IMG/VR virus record: IMGVR_UViG_3300047558_000137
Location: 124,001-188,000 of that record
Length of the DNA: 64,000 nt
Direction: 5' to 3' (one strand)
Shown here: positions 55,140-63,988 of the stretch, piece by piece
Layout of the letters: each line of letters starts with the position of its first letter
Numbering within the stretch: position 1 is the first letter of the stretch
Program-made: the position numbers and the translations under genes
Notes under the pieces: generated by a model
Seen by the model: only the letters and a program-made list of their open reading frames with translations
What the model was told of the DNA's origin: nothing
The model's database searches: none

Positions 55140-56437
55140 AGTTTTTCTCCTGGGTTAAATCCGCGGAATCGCAGGAATCGGGGGAAGCGCAAACTATAGG
55201 TACCATCTTGGTTCTGTGTAATAGCATCTGCTCTTACTTCAACAATTTGACCAAGGCACTTAGTACGATGATTCCAAAACTCAATTCGATTATCATCGCT
55301 AAAGCCACTACCAACGTTGACTGTAATCTTGCGTTCGTCGTCCACACCTGAGCAAACAAATGCTCCCAGGCGTCCGACATTACGTCCAGTACCTTCTTCA
55401 ACATCAATGACCTCCAAACTAACCTCAATAAAAGGTTTCTGCTTGAGCCAGGCCACACTGCGTTTACACTCGTAGACAGCATCGGGATCTTTGATCATAA
55501 TGCCTTCATACCCTCCAGCAATGGCAGTGGCGTTAATTTCTTTAAAGCGAGCAAGTCCTTGGTTAGTGTCTAGATCAACAAGTTCTTGCCCTAGTACACT
55601 TACATTGGGCATGTGTTCTGCAATAGGTGCAATCCACGCACGAAGTTGGGCACTGCGTTGGTGTTGCGTTTTAGTGCTAACACCTGCTTGGAACTCGCTT
55701 AGTGGCAGAATGTCAAACAGATTGAGTACTGCATCGTCGGCTTTAACATCACCTTTGCGATGGATCTGCTTCATTAGATCTTGGAAGTTGCCTGACATAA
55801 TCTCACCGTCAAGCACCATTGGCTCTTTAAAGAAGATAGCATGTTTGGCAATCTGTTGCTTAACTGTTTCAAAGTTAACCAGCTCTTTGCCGTTGCGGCT
55901 ATATTGATCAACCTGTCCATTGGGATAGGCGATTGTGATAACACGGACACCGTCTAGTTTAACTTCAATGAGTTTTTGGCCCGAAACCTTGCTTTCGTGC
56001 TTGGCCCCATCATGTGCTAGCTGGCATTCAAATACAGGCACATGATAGCGGGCATCTGCGTGTTTGTTGACAGTTGAGTCACTAGTACCACAGCGCATAT
56101 CCTTAATAAGAATACGGCGGTACCAACGATTCCATTCAGCTTCGGTTGCCTTTTGGCGCATATGGTTAACTGCGGCAATGGCGTTATTACCAGTTAGTTC
56201 ACGTTTACGAAGTTGTTCAGCAAACAGCCAAAATGTTTCGGGCTTGAGTCCGGCTCCGTCGCCAGTCTTTTCTTCGACCTTTTTAACACCAAAGGTAATC
56301 ATAGCATCGTAAGCATAACGAAAGCCTTTAAACAGCTCGTCATTGCCTGCGGCACTTTCACGTTGGATAACAGATTCCTTAAACAGGCGACTGTTGTCGC
56401 TTTCAAGTTCTGCAATTACATCCCAAGGTTTATTCAT
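55136..56437 (-). CDS. lig: ATP-dependent DNA ligase
   Basis: EVKLDGVR (KxDG), LDGE, EGIMIK, WLKQK, GSGF, SLRFPRF. Confidence 0.95.
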   Translation of the reverse strand: MNKPWDVIAELESDNSRLFKESVIQRESAAGNDELFKGFRYAYDAMITFGVKKVEEKTGDGAGLKPETFWLFAEQLRKRELTGNNAIAAVNHMRQKATEAEWNRWYRRILIKDMRCGTSDSTVNKHADARYHVPVFECQLAHDGAKHESKVSGQKLIEVKLDGVRVITIAYPNGQVDQYSRNGKELVNFETVKQQIAKHAIFFKEPMVLDGEIMSGNFQDLMKQIHRKGDVKADDAVLNLFDILPLSEFQAGVSTKTQHQRSAQLRAWIAPIAEHMPNVSVLGQELVDLDTNQGLARFKEINATAIAGGYEGIMIKDPDAVYECKRSVAWLKQKPFIEVSLEVIDVEEGTGRNVGRLGAFVCSGVDDERKITVNVGSGFSDDNRIEFWNHRTKCLGQIVEVRADAITQNQDGTYSLRFPRFLRFRGFNPGEKL

Positions 56438-56777
56438 AGTCGTACTCTTTGTTCAATTGTTCCACTGCCGCGTCCATGATGATTTCATCAAATGCCAGTT
56501 CAGTTCGATTATACATTACTTGACTATATTCTTTACCATAGTTGCCAGTGATTTTGTATTGGCTGGCACCAAATTTAAATGCCTTAGGAAACTCACGACC
56601 ACGATTGCCCAATCCGTTGTTGTACAGATCGTAGTAGCAGTTCATTGCAATACGAAAACGTTCTAGAGCAGGATTGTTTTTAACATCAACTACTGGACCC
56701 ATTGTGGGAATACGCTTGTGCAGAGCATCTGCAAGTGCTTGATATCGACCGTTGCCGCTCCAGTATGTTTTTTCCAT
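56430..56777 (-). CDS. Hypothetical protein
   Basis: AGGAG SD; TGTTATAAT promoter upstream. Confidence 0.6.
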   Translation of the reverse strand: MEKTYWSGNGRYQALADALHKRIPTMGPVVDVKNNPALERFRIAMNCYYDLYNNGLGNRGREFPKAFKFGASQYKITGNYGKEYSQVMYNRTELAFDEIIMDAAVEQLNKEYDYE

Positions 56778-56843
56778 TTCCAACTCCTGTTGTGTTTTGC
56801 TATGTCTAAATTATAACATGATTTTGGGCAAATTTTACCCAAA

Positions 56844-56860
56844 TGTTGCAAAAATACAAC
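56844..56860. promoter_or_regulatory. Second copy of TGTTGCAAAAATACAAC element
   Basis: Identical to inverted copy at 17189-17205. Confidence 0.45.
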
Positions 56861-56866
56861 GTAGTA

Positions 56867-57181
56867 TTAAGTATTACTTTTGCCCGCTTCTTTTAGCGTA
56901 TCAAACAGCATGAGCTTTTCATGTGCCGCTTTGATTGTATCAAAACGATCCTGCAGGTTTACAATTGATTTGCCAACCGAATGTAATTGATTTACATCAA
57001 GTGAGCGCAGAGCATCTAGTGTAGAGTAGGCTGCGGCCAGATCAATTTCTGCGCCAACCATAGCGTATTCTTTACGCCACTCATTGTCGTAACTGCTAGA
57101 GTAGCCGCGTAGGCGAACAATTTCTGCTTCAGTTACTTCGCACATACGGCGCCCATGGCCCATGTCTGCAATAATTTTCAT
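56867..57181 (-). CDS. Hypothetical protein
   Basis: Starts at conserved GGAGTTGAAGAATGA junction. Confidence 0.6.
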   Translation of the reverse strand: MKIIADMGHGRRMCEVTEAEIVRLRGYSSSYDNEWRKEYAMVGAEIDLAAAYSTLDALRSLDVNQLHSVGKSIVNLQDRFDTIKAAHEKLMLFDTLKEAGKSNT

Positions 57182-57384
57182 TCTTCAACTCCAAAATGTT
57201 CTCTAACAGACCCACCAGGATCAACTCCTCCCCTGTCTGCTTGGTTAGCGCAGACTTGGATTATCATTATCGCAAAGTCATACAATGACTTTCGGTCAGT
57301 TTCAAACAAGCCAGTGCTGGCATCGTATTGCAGTCCTGGCACCATTCTAATGTAGTCATTGATACGGTGTATATTTTCGTTCAT
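57178..57384 (-). CDS. HFGVEE-family small protein
   Basis: MNENI...FAIMIIQVC...REHFGVEE. Confidence 0.7.
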   Translation of the reverse strand: MNENIHRINDYIRMVPGLQYDASTGLFETDRKSLYDFAIMIIQVCANQADRGGVDPGGSVREHFGVEE

Positions 57385-57387
57385 TCT

Positions 57388-57636
57388 TCAACTCCTTGGA
57401 TATCGAGTAAATCCAAAATTCTTCAAAACTTCTCGGGTAACATCAATCTCGGGATCAATGCCTTGTGTTTGATATGCCCGTGTTAGACGGCCAAATTCAG
57501 CAACTTGATCTAATGTATCACGCACAATCAACTCGGCGAACTTTTCTTTGTCAAACGAGTAATATACTGTTTCATCAACACCAATTGAGTCTACATAAGT
57601 GCATGACTCAATAAGCTGTTCAATTCGTTTGTTCAT
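57388..57636 (-). CDS. HFGVEE-family protein, junction motif out of frame
   Basis: MNKRIEQL...EKFAELIVR; ends PRS. Confidence 0.7.
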   Translation of the reverse strand: MNKRIEQLIESCTYVDSIGVDETVYYSFDKEKFAELIVRDTLDQVAEFGRLTRAYQTQGIDPEIDVTREVLKNFGFTRYPRS

Positions 57637-57857
57637 GGTACCCTCACAAAATCAACATTTTCCACAGCATCGGTAGCAAACACTCCACTTTGATTGCGAC
57701 TGCCGACGACACCATGCGTACTCAGGTAGTATTGGTTATTTGGCATTAGTGATGCATAGATTTCGTCACCTGATTTCACGCCTTCTCCGGCAAACTTTCG
57801 TAATGCCTTTGCTTTAAAAACAACAAGAAGGTCGGGATTACTGTTTCGTATAATCAT
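57633..57857 (-). CDS. Hypothetical protein (unrelated cargo between junctions)
   Basis: Starts at junction motif. Confidence 0.55.
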   Translation of the reverse strand: MIIRNSNPDLLVVFKAKALRKFAGEGVKSGDEIYASLMPNNQYYLSTHGVVGSRNQSGVFATDAVENVDFVRVP

Positions 57858-58069
57858 TCTTCAACTCCAAACTGTTCTTTTAATTCTGCGAGAGCATCTT
57901 CTGCCAGGTTATCATCTTCTATGAACGGAGATATTGTAGTCCAACAATCACGAATAATCAACTCGGCGAACTTTTCAGCAAAAAGCATTGTCAGTTTCAT
58001 TTCACCGAATTTCCCACCAAATACTTGTTCGCAGGACTGTTCAGCAAGTAGTTTAATTCGTTCGTTCAT
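57854..58069 (-). CDS. HFGVEE-family small protein
   Basis: MNERIKLLAEQ...EKFAELIIRDC...EQFGVEE. Confidence 0.75.
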   Translation of the reverse strand: MNERIKLLAEQSCEQVFGGKFGEMKLTMLFAEKFAELIIRDCWTTISPFIEDDNLAEDALAELKEQFGVEE

Positions 58070-58236
58070 TCTTCAATACTGAAATGTTTCTTAATCGTAG
58101 CCAATTGTAGTATAGCCTTCTTATCCCAAGGGTTTCGTTTTACTTTGTCCTCAAAATAACGAATGTCATCCACTGTAGCATGTTCTGGGACAGTGTTCAT
58201 ATCAACGTCTGTAGTAAGTTTATATTCTTCGTTCAT
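58066..58236 (-). CDS. Mosaic 56 aa protein with family ends and unrelated middle
   Basis: Hand translation MNEEYKLTTD...IKKHFSIEE; ATGA overlaps on both sides. Confidence 0.65.
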   Translation of the reverse strand: MNEEYKLTTDVDMNTVPEHATVDDIRYFEDKVKRNPWDKKAILQLATIKKHFSIEE

Positions 58237-58433
58237 TCTTCAACTCCGAAATGTTCTTTGTATCGGTTTAGCATCCGTTCAAAGGCGTTGAACGCCAACT
58301 CTTGTTTGTTCAGTTCGATGCATTCCTTGATAATCAACTCGGCAAATTTTTCAAAATTGAATCCGATTTCGCCACAGTCACAAATAGTTCGACCTTCGCA
58401 TTGGTCGGCAAGTTCTAAGATTCGTTCGTTCAT
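58233..58433 (-). CDS. HFGVEE-family small protein
   Basis: MNERILELA...EKFAELIIKEC...EHFGVEE. Confidence 0.75.
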   Translation of the reverse strand: MNERILELADQCEGRTICDCGEIGFNFEKFAELIIKECIELNKQELAFNAFERMLNRYKEHFGVEE

Positions 58434-58678
58434 TCTTCAACTCCGAAATGTTCTTCAATCTCGTTTATAATCTCCTGGTACGGAGTAGCCCTGCGGCACA
58501 TTTTCGCACCCATACCTGTTTGATCGTCATACACTTTATCTACAATGTCAATACATTCACGCACAATCAACTCGGCAAACTTTTCAATATCTTCAGCATG
58601 CCAAGGCCCAACTATATAGAATTTAGCAAAGTCTGGGTTGGCCTGTTCAGCAAGTAGTTTAATTCGTTTGTTCATCAT
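58430..58678 (-). CDS. HFGVEE-family small protein
   Basis: MNKRIKLLAEQA...EKFAELIVREC...EHFGVEE. Confidence 0.75.
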   Translation of the reverse strand: MMNKRIKLLAEQANPDFAKFYIVGPWHAEDIEKFAELIVRECIDIVDKVYDDQTGMGAKMCRRATPYQEIINEIEEHFGVEE

Positions 58679-58878
58679 TCAACTCCGAAATGTTCGTTCA
58701 AAACCATTGCCCAATCCAAGTCACTGCGTCCAATAAACTCAGGAGAGTTAAGATATTGACCACATTCCTGCACAATCAATTCGGCAAACTTTTCCATAAA
58801 CTTTGTCTGCCCCGCCCAAGAAGGATCGGGTTCGAGTTTGGCTGCTTGGTCCCAAAGTTGTCGAATTCGTTCGTTCAT
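58675..58878 (-). CDS. HFGVEE-family small protein
   Basis: MNERIRQL...EKFAELIVQEC...EHFGVE. Confidence 0.75.
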   Translation of the reverse strand: MNERIRQLWDQAAKLEPDPSWAGQTKFMEKFAELIVQECGQYLNSPEFIGRSDLDWAMVLNEHFGVE

Positions 58879-59081
58879 TAATATTTCCTTAATTGCTTAA
58901 GACCGATTACACCACAATGATCACATTTTCGTGCCTGGTAATCAATATCGTACCCGCCTTCTCTGCGATGCATAGGTTTAGACCACTTAGTCCACTTATG
59001 TAATCCTAGCCAACACCATCGCCCCGTGGCTAGGAGCTCTTCGTCCTTTAGGAGACGAAAGGTGTTTTCGGCTTCGTTCAC
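58878..59081 (-). CDS. Hypothetical protein
   Basis: CWLGLHKWTKW...CDHC. Confidence 0.55.
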   Translation of the reverse strand: MNEAENTFRLLKDEELLATGRWCWLGLHKWTKWSKPMHRREGGYDIDYQARKCDHCGVIGLKQLRKY

Positions 59082-59365
59082 GATGCATTACCTGCACTAT
59101 CATAGTTGTAGAAGCGACCCGCTTCATCATTCCAATGGCGTGTGTCGTAGTACTGTGCTGATACAGTATATCCTAGTAGGCCAAGTTCCAAGTTCATGCC
59201 AGCGTGATCTTGTCTAATAGCCCATCTAAACGATAAGCTAATAATTGTAGTATCACGATAGACTTCAAATTCTACAGCCTTCTTGCCAAGAACTGCACTG
59301 CGGTTGTAGATATTGTCCCAACGATCACTAAATGGATTGCTTAAATTAAAACTAAAATTAATCAT
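59078..59365 (-). CDS. Hypothetical protein
   Basis: QDHAG...YDTRHW. Confidence 0.6.
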   Translation of the reverse strand: MINFSFNLSNPFSDRWDNIYNRSAVLGKKAVEFEVYRDTTIISLSFRWAIRQDHAGMNLELGLLGYTVSAQYYDTRHWNDEAGRFYNYDSAGNAS

Positions 59366-59702
59366 TTTTCAACTCCGAAATGTTTTCTTCATACCACTTA
59401 TCAGTTTGTTCCTGGATAAGTTCTTCCAATGCAATAACACTATTGACCCCGCACTCAACAACGCCTTCTTCACGCTCAGTGCGAACCTTGAGTTGTGGGT
59501 GAAATGGATTTGTTCGCCCTTCAACGGTTGAATCCCGAACAGGAATATACTGACTGCGAACACGCTCAATACATTCCCGAATAATCAACTCAGCGAACCT
59601 TTCGTTGTATAGTTGGTCAAACTCTTTGTCACCACGTTTACTGCCAGACAAGACAGTATCACGAAATGCCTGTTCAGCAAGTTTTTTAATTTGTTCGTTC
59701 AT
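59358..59702 (-). CDS. HFGVEE-family protein, junction motif out of frame
   Basis: MNEQIKKLAEQA...ERFAELIIREC; CATTTCGGAGTTGAAAAATGA read in another frame. Confidence 0.7.
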   Translation of the reverse strand: MNEQIKKLAEQAFRDTVLSGSKRGDKEFDQLYNERFAELIIRECIERVRSQYIPVRDSTVEGRTNPFHPQLKVRTEREEGVVECGVNSVIALEELIQEQTDKWYEENISELKND

Positions 59703-60034
59703 GCTTTCTCCTGTAAGATTTCCCATACATGCGCTTTTTCAATTCGATCAGCGTACTCTGTTCTACATCCGTCAACATCTTTAAGCCAACGATGAACTGA
59801 TGATGTGCTACCCCATGCAGCACTAGGAATAGCGTGTCCAAGAAACTTGACAATATCTATTAGTGCTTCTCGATTAATATGATCGGCGCTCCAAGCCGCA
59901 CCTGCTAGGTCATTAGACAATACTGACGTAAGAAACCTTCCGGGCTCGTAGCCGCGTAACAGATAATCTTCTAGTGCCCGTGCTGTGTGCTCAGGAACAC
60001 CAGTGCCATCGTATTTGAGAAGTAGTTTTGACAT
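59699..60034 (-). CDS. Hypothetical protein
   Basis: YLLRGYEPG.FL..VL.NDL..A; leaderless TGCTATAAT-N6-ATG. Confidence 0.65.
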   Translation of the reverse strand: MSKLLLKYDGTGVPEHTARALEDYLLRGYEPGRFLTSVLSNDLAGAAWSADHINREALIDIVKFLGHAIPSAAWGSTSSVHRWLKDVDGCRTEYADRIEKAHVWEILQEKA

Positions 60035-60079
60035 GTGCTAATTATAGCACAGATTGGATTTTATTCTAGGTAATACTTT

Positions 60080-61186
60080 TTACTTACCCAAACAGTAATG
60101 CTTACTGAATACACCCTTGGTACGCAATAACTGGTTTGGCGATACTGCCACAAACGCATTTAGGTACTCTAAGAATGGTTTATCGGATGCAAGATTGTAA
60201 ATTCCCTTGATGTAATTTAATGCCAACGGATCGTGGCTTTTAAATTTCTCTTGCAGTACTGGCTCAGCAGTAGACAGATCTGTGTTATCTACTATTCCAT
60301 TGGAATCTAATGAAATTGACAATATCTTAGTGTGTACTTGTTTCTGTAATGCACTAACGCCGGGTGTTAATTCATCGTGGCGTCCACACGAACGAGCAAA
60401 TCCCCTGTGCCCAGAAACACCTTCAGGGAATAGGTGTTCAGCTTCTGTGCCTTCATATAATTCAACTGGCAACTTAGACACAGCCTGTTTTAATAAATGG
60501 CTTTGTTTAAGTAAAATTTTGGGTTCTAAAAAGAAACATTCTAATCTGTTGTCAGCACCAAATACCTGTCGCATTGGTAAGTCTTTTTGTCTAGACCACC
60601 ACAGACCATTTTTGTATATTAGGAATGGTTTTTCATGTCCCGAAATCATTGCCCAATTTCGGCCATTATATTTTTGTTCGCATTGAATATTAGCAACAGG
60701 GTCAGTTACACAATTAGTAAATGTTCTAATGTCTCCGAGATTTTTGTAAACCCAGTCTTCACTGTCGATAAACTGTTCTCTAATACTGCTATCTAATTTG
60801 TCAACAAATGATAACTTAGTCGTTTTATCCCAATGATTATTAATTAGCCAATTAAATTGAGATGCTGGCATATATTTGAGATCGGCATTGCCAACACATA
60901 TAATTTCATCTATGTGAATTTTGTTTCTAGCAAATACATTATAAATTGTTTGGCTATCAGTGCCGCCGGACCAATAGAATACTAGTATGTCATACTTGTC
61001 CCTGATCCTACGTGCATGTTGATCCATCAATTCTTCAATTGATTCAGTTGGATTAACGGTCCAATCTAATTTGTCGTACTCGGCGGTATTGCAATAGAAT
61101 TGTACAGGTGCACCGCTTAGATAACTTTCGTATTGGGCCAGATATATATTATGGAAACGTTTTCCATTTACTATATAGTAGTACAT
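60080..61186 (-). CDS. PP-loop protein, paralog 3
   Basis: YDILVFYWSGGTDS, IHIDEI. Confidence 0.6.
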   Translation of the reverse strand: MYYYIVNGKRFHNIYLAQYESYLSGAPVQFYCNTAEYDKLDWTVNPTESIEELMDQHARRIRDKYDILVFYWSGGTDSQTIYNVFARNKIHIDEIICVGNADLKYMPASQFNWLINNHWDKTTKLSFVDKLDSSIREQFIDSEDWVYKNLGDIRTFTNCVTDPVANIQCEQKYNGRNWAMISGHEKPFLIYKNGLWWSRQKDLPMRQVFGADNRLECFFLEPKILLKQSHLLKQAVSKLPVELYEGTEAEHLFPEGVSGHRGFARSCGRHDELTPGVSALQKQVHTKILSISLDSNGIVDNTDLSTAEPVLQEKFKSHDPLALNYIKGIYNLASDKPFLEYLNAFVAVSPNQLLRTKGVFSKHYCLGK

Positions 61187-62124
61187 TATTGTTTGATATT
61201 ATAGTCGCGAAACAGTTGCAAATAACTATTAGCAATTCTGTTTTGATCGCGCATTAGATCTGTCGGCGGTGTGCTGTTAGGGTCAATAATAAATGAACGT
61301 ACTAACTCCTGCTTAAATTCGCCTGCCATAAGGGTATGTATCTCTTTACGTAGACGTTGTACAACATCAGCCGGAGTTCCTGCAGGTGCCCAGACTCCAA
61401 ACCATTGGTCACGGCCAGCAAACTGTGGGTATCCTAAACTACGCAATGTTGGTACTCCGGGCAATTCACGATATGGCTGGTCTGCTACTACAGCAATAGC
61501 TCGTAGTTTGCCTGTCTGTACATGAGGTAACACAGCCTGAGGAACAGCAGTCATAAAGTCTAATTGACCACTTAACAAATCCTGTGTAGCCAATGGCTGT
61601 CCCTTATAAGGAACGTGCGTCATATTGGTGTTAGTAATTTGACTTAGCATAGCAGAGAATACGTGTTGAGCATTACCTGCGCCAGGCGAACCATAATTAA
61701 GAGTTCTTGTACGTGCAAGTTCAACTAACTGTCTAATATCCTGAATGCCTGAACTAGAATTTACTGCAACTACCATAGGTAACACTGTCCCAACATAGGC
61801 CACAGGAATTAAATCTGTTTTGTAGTCGTAAGGCGGATCAGTCATAAAGTGTGTGCTTATGGCCAATACTGCCACCGAGCTTAACAACAATGTGCGACCA
61901 TCTGGTGTGCTTTTTGCCACGTGTGCAGAACCAATTGTAGTGTTTGCACCTGGACGGTTTTCTACAATTACAGGACGTTCTGATGTGGACATATTTTTTG
62001 CTAGTAATCTAGCAATAGTATCATTACCGCCGCCGGGACTATATGGAACTACAATTTTAGTTTCGTTTGCATGAACACACAAAGAAATTGCCATAGAAGC
62101 AATTACAATTATTTTTTTAATCAT
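61186..62124 (-). CDS. tctC: Bug/TctC substrate-binding protein
   Basis: Signal peptide; VVPYSPGGGNDTIARL, VENRPGA, PDGRTLL, HVPYKG, GKLRAIAV, WFGVWAPAGTP. Confidence 0.92.
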   Translation of the reverse strand: MIKKIIVIASMAISLCVHANETKIVVPYSPGGGNDTIARLLAKNMSTSERPVIVENRPGANTTIGSAHVAKSTPDGRTLLLSSVAVLAISTHFMTDPPYDYKTDLIPVAYVGTVLPMVVAVNSSSGIQDIRQLVELARTRTLNYGSPGAGNAQHVFSAMLSQITNTNMTHVPYKGQPLATQDLLSGQLDFMTAVPQAVLPHVQTGKLRAIAVVADQPYRELPGVPTLRSLGYPQFAGRDQWFGVWAPAGTPADVVQRLRKEIHTLMAGEFKQELVRSFIIDPNSTPPTDLMRDQNRIANSYLQLFRDYNIKQ

Positions 62125-62142
62125 TGGATATATGTATTTGAA

Positions 62143-62475
62143 TAGTGGTAGCTTATTCTGTTACGAGGAAAGCTACCGAAACCCTAGGCGGCGTTTAGGC
62201 TACCAATGCGAACTGTGAGTCGTTTGCGTTTACTTTTTTGCTTCTACGGCCGGGAAACCCCAACCCTAAGGGCTTTCACATTGCCCTGCTGTCCACTCTG
62301 TTACTCTTGACCCAATCGATCCTGTGTCAGGCCCATTATAAAACACACTAAGCACGACTACATTGCCAAAAAGACCTGGAAGTCAAAAACAATGTACATA
62401 ATGTGTTTTATGGTGGACCTGGGCGGCACTGCCCCGCCGTCTTGAATCCTTTTCTCTTTGCTTCATACAGCAATA
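62143..62475 (-). ncRNA. ssrA: Circularly permuted (two-piece) tmRNA
   Basis: Acceptor piece ending CAGGTCCACCA at 62411 precedes coding piece starting GGGCCTG at 62334 (G3:U70, A73); tag ANDSQFALVA* at 62227-62195; outer limits approximate. Confidence 0.88.
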
Positions 62476-62477
62476 AC

Positions 62478-62921
62478 TTAATACTCTTCTACTTTAACAA
62501 TCTTTGCGGCAGTTGTCAAATATTCCCACACACTTTCATTGTAGTGTGGCTTACCTGCCCAATAGTTTTCTGCCGCTGATTTAACTTCAGCACTGTCAAT
62601 TGCATGTCCGTCACCGATTAACATACTTACTTCACTGCCCCAGTTTAGATCGTGACGTTGCACAGGACCTTCTGGGACTACAGTAAATAACCAATCAGTT
62701 GCACCACCAGCTAAATCTACATCATCTGGATCGCTACACATAAAAACACTTTGCTTATGTGATAGCATGTTTTGTGGACGATACATTTCCAATGGACGAT
62801 AAAAGTCCGTATGCCCCCAATTGGCCTCATAGTTGTTGCGTGGGGTTAGAACTGTACCTACTGGTAATTCTGTGGAACTGCCGTGGTAAAATGTTGGACT
62901 AGTAATCTCTGTAATACGCAT
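62478..62921 (-). CDS. ADP-ribosyltransferase-fold protein (Arr-like)
   Basis: FYHGSSTELPVGTVLTP, VFM, E-Y near C-terminus. Confidence 0.5.
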   Translation of the reverse strand: MRITEITSPTFYHGSSTELPVGTVLTPRNNYEANWGHTDFYRPLEMYRPQNMLSHKQSVFMCSDPDDVDLAGGATDWLFTVVPEGPVQRHDLNWGSEVSMLIGDGHAIDSAEVKSAAENYWAGKPHYNESVWEYLTTAAKIVKVEEY

Positions 62922-63027
62922 TTTATATTTATATCCAAGTTGGTCAACAATCTGACTTGACAGATAGTAGGCTCAACCAACCTAGTGTTCCGGGCTCATT
63001 TCGTGTCTTCTTGGATACAAATAGGTT

Positions 63028-63045
63028 GCCCTACCGAAGTAGGGC
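63028..63045 (-). terminator. UUCG hairpin after 63075 gene
   Basis: GCCCTAC-TTCG-GTAGGGC; weak U tract. Confidence 0.55.
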
Positions 63046-63074
63046 TACCACATTAACTAAGGAGAAATCCGCAA

Positions 63075-63398
63075 TTAAGCGGCTGCTTTTTCTGCGGCAC
63101 GAGCTTGGATAGACTCCATGCTAGGCTTAACAGCCTTGGCCTTAACAGTTGCCACAGCATTATACTTGGCATCTGCTGTGTCAATGGCTTCTTTGTATGC
63201 GGCATTAGAATACAAGTCAGTTGTTTTGAGATGGCTAACCAACTCAGCTTTGGTCATGGCCTTGGGCAACTCAAACAGTTGCACATCTGTGTCTGTCTTT
63301 GCCAAGATCTTGACACGGGTCATGTCGGTTGCAAAGCGAACTTTGTAACCAGATTTGCACTTACTAACACCACCAACTTTAAAAAGTTTATCAGTCAT
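63075..63398 (-). CDS. Basic Ala/Lys-rich hypothetical protein
   Basis: GGAG SD; own sigma70 promoter. Confidence 0.65.
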   Translation of the reverse strand: MTDKLFKVGGVSKCKSGYKVRFATDMTRVKILAKTDTDVQLFELPKAMTKAELVSHLKTTDLYSNAAYKEAIDTADAKYNAVATVKAKAVKPSMESIQARAAEKAAA

Positions 63399-63453
63399 AA
63401 TTTACTCCATAAAAAGACTGTTGTTGAAATGTCCACACACTGGACATATTCAA

Positions 63454-63482
63454 ATTGTAGTTGAAACCGAATTTAGCGTCAA
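63454..63482 (-). promoter_or_regulatory. sigma70-type promoter TTGACG-N17-TACAAT
   Basis: Read directly on minus strand. Confidence 0.65.
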
Positions 63483-63509
63483 CCACAATTTGAACCTTGT
63501 TTGCCCATT

Positions 63510-63638
63510 TTACTGGGCCAATTCCTTGCTGTGCTCTTTAACAGCACCAATACCGTTGTCCAGAATTCGAGCAACACCGCTAAAGCCGACTGTGGCTACA
63601 ACGATGCCCAAAATGAATCCAATTAGAATGTTACGCAT
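63510..63638 (-). CDS. Small membrane peptide (42 aa)
   Basis: MRNILIGFILGIVVATVGF... Confidence 0.5.
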   Translation of the reverse strand: MRNILIGFILGIVVATVGFSGVARILDNGIGAVKEHSKELAQ

Positions 63639-63652
63639 TTTGGGCCTCTTGA

Positions 63653-63988
63653 TTAACGGGTAAGTTTGTACATTGTGCCTTTGGGAGTAACTTTACCCCA
63701 GACACCTTCTTTGGCCCAATCTGCTTCGAGCAGTTTGAGAGCTTGGCCATCTGTAATACGATAGCCAATTGCAACTTTTACATAGGCTGTTTTCTTGTCA
63801 TAGCTAACAGGGTAAATAGTTCCTTCAATAACCTCGCCAAGTCCAATTTTGACTTTTTCCAAAAGGAGACTCTGTTTATCAGTATAAAGGCTACGATTAA
63901 CGCTGTTCTTCATACGACGGTCGAGCCATGCGCCGCCCTTGCGGGTAGGGGGTGCTTCGTTTGAAAAATTAGAAACAATAACTTGCAT
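63653..63988 (-). CDS. Hypothetical protein
   Basis: AGGAG SD upstream. Confidence 0.55.
   Translation of the reverse strand: MQVIVSNFSNEAPPTRKGGAWLDRRMKNSVNRSLYTDKQSLLLEKVKIGLGEVIEGTIYPVSYDKKTAYVKVAIGYRITDGQALKLLEADWAKEGVWGKVTPKGTMYKLTR

Larger units (their letters stand above)
57178..59702 (-). repeat. Second small-gene array with repeated junction GGAGTTGAAGAATGA (HFGVEE*/MNE)
   Basis: Exact 15-mers at 57178, 57381, 57854, 58233, 58430; variants near 58066, 58676, 59361. Confidence 0.85.
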
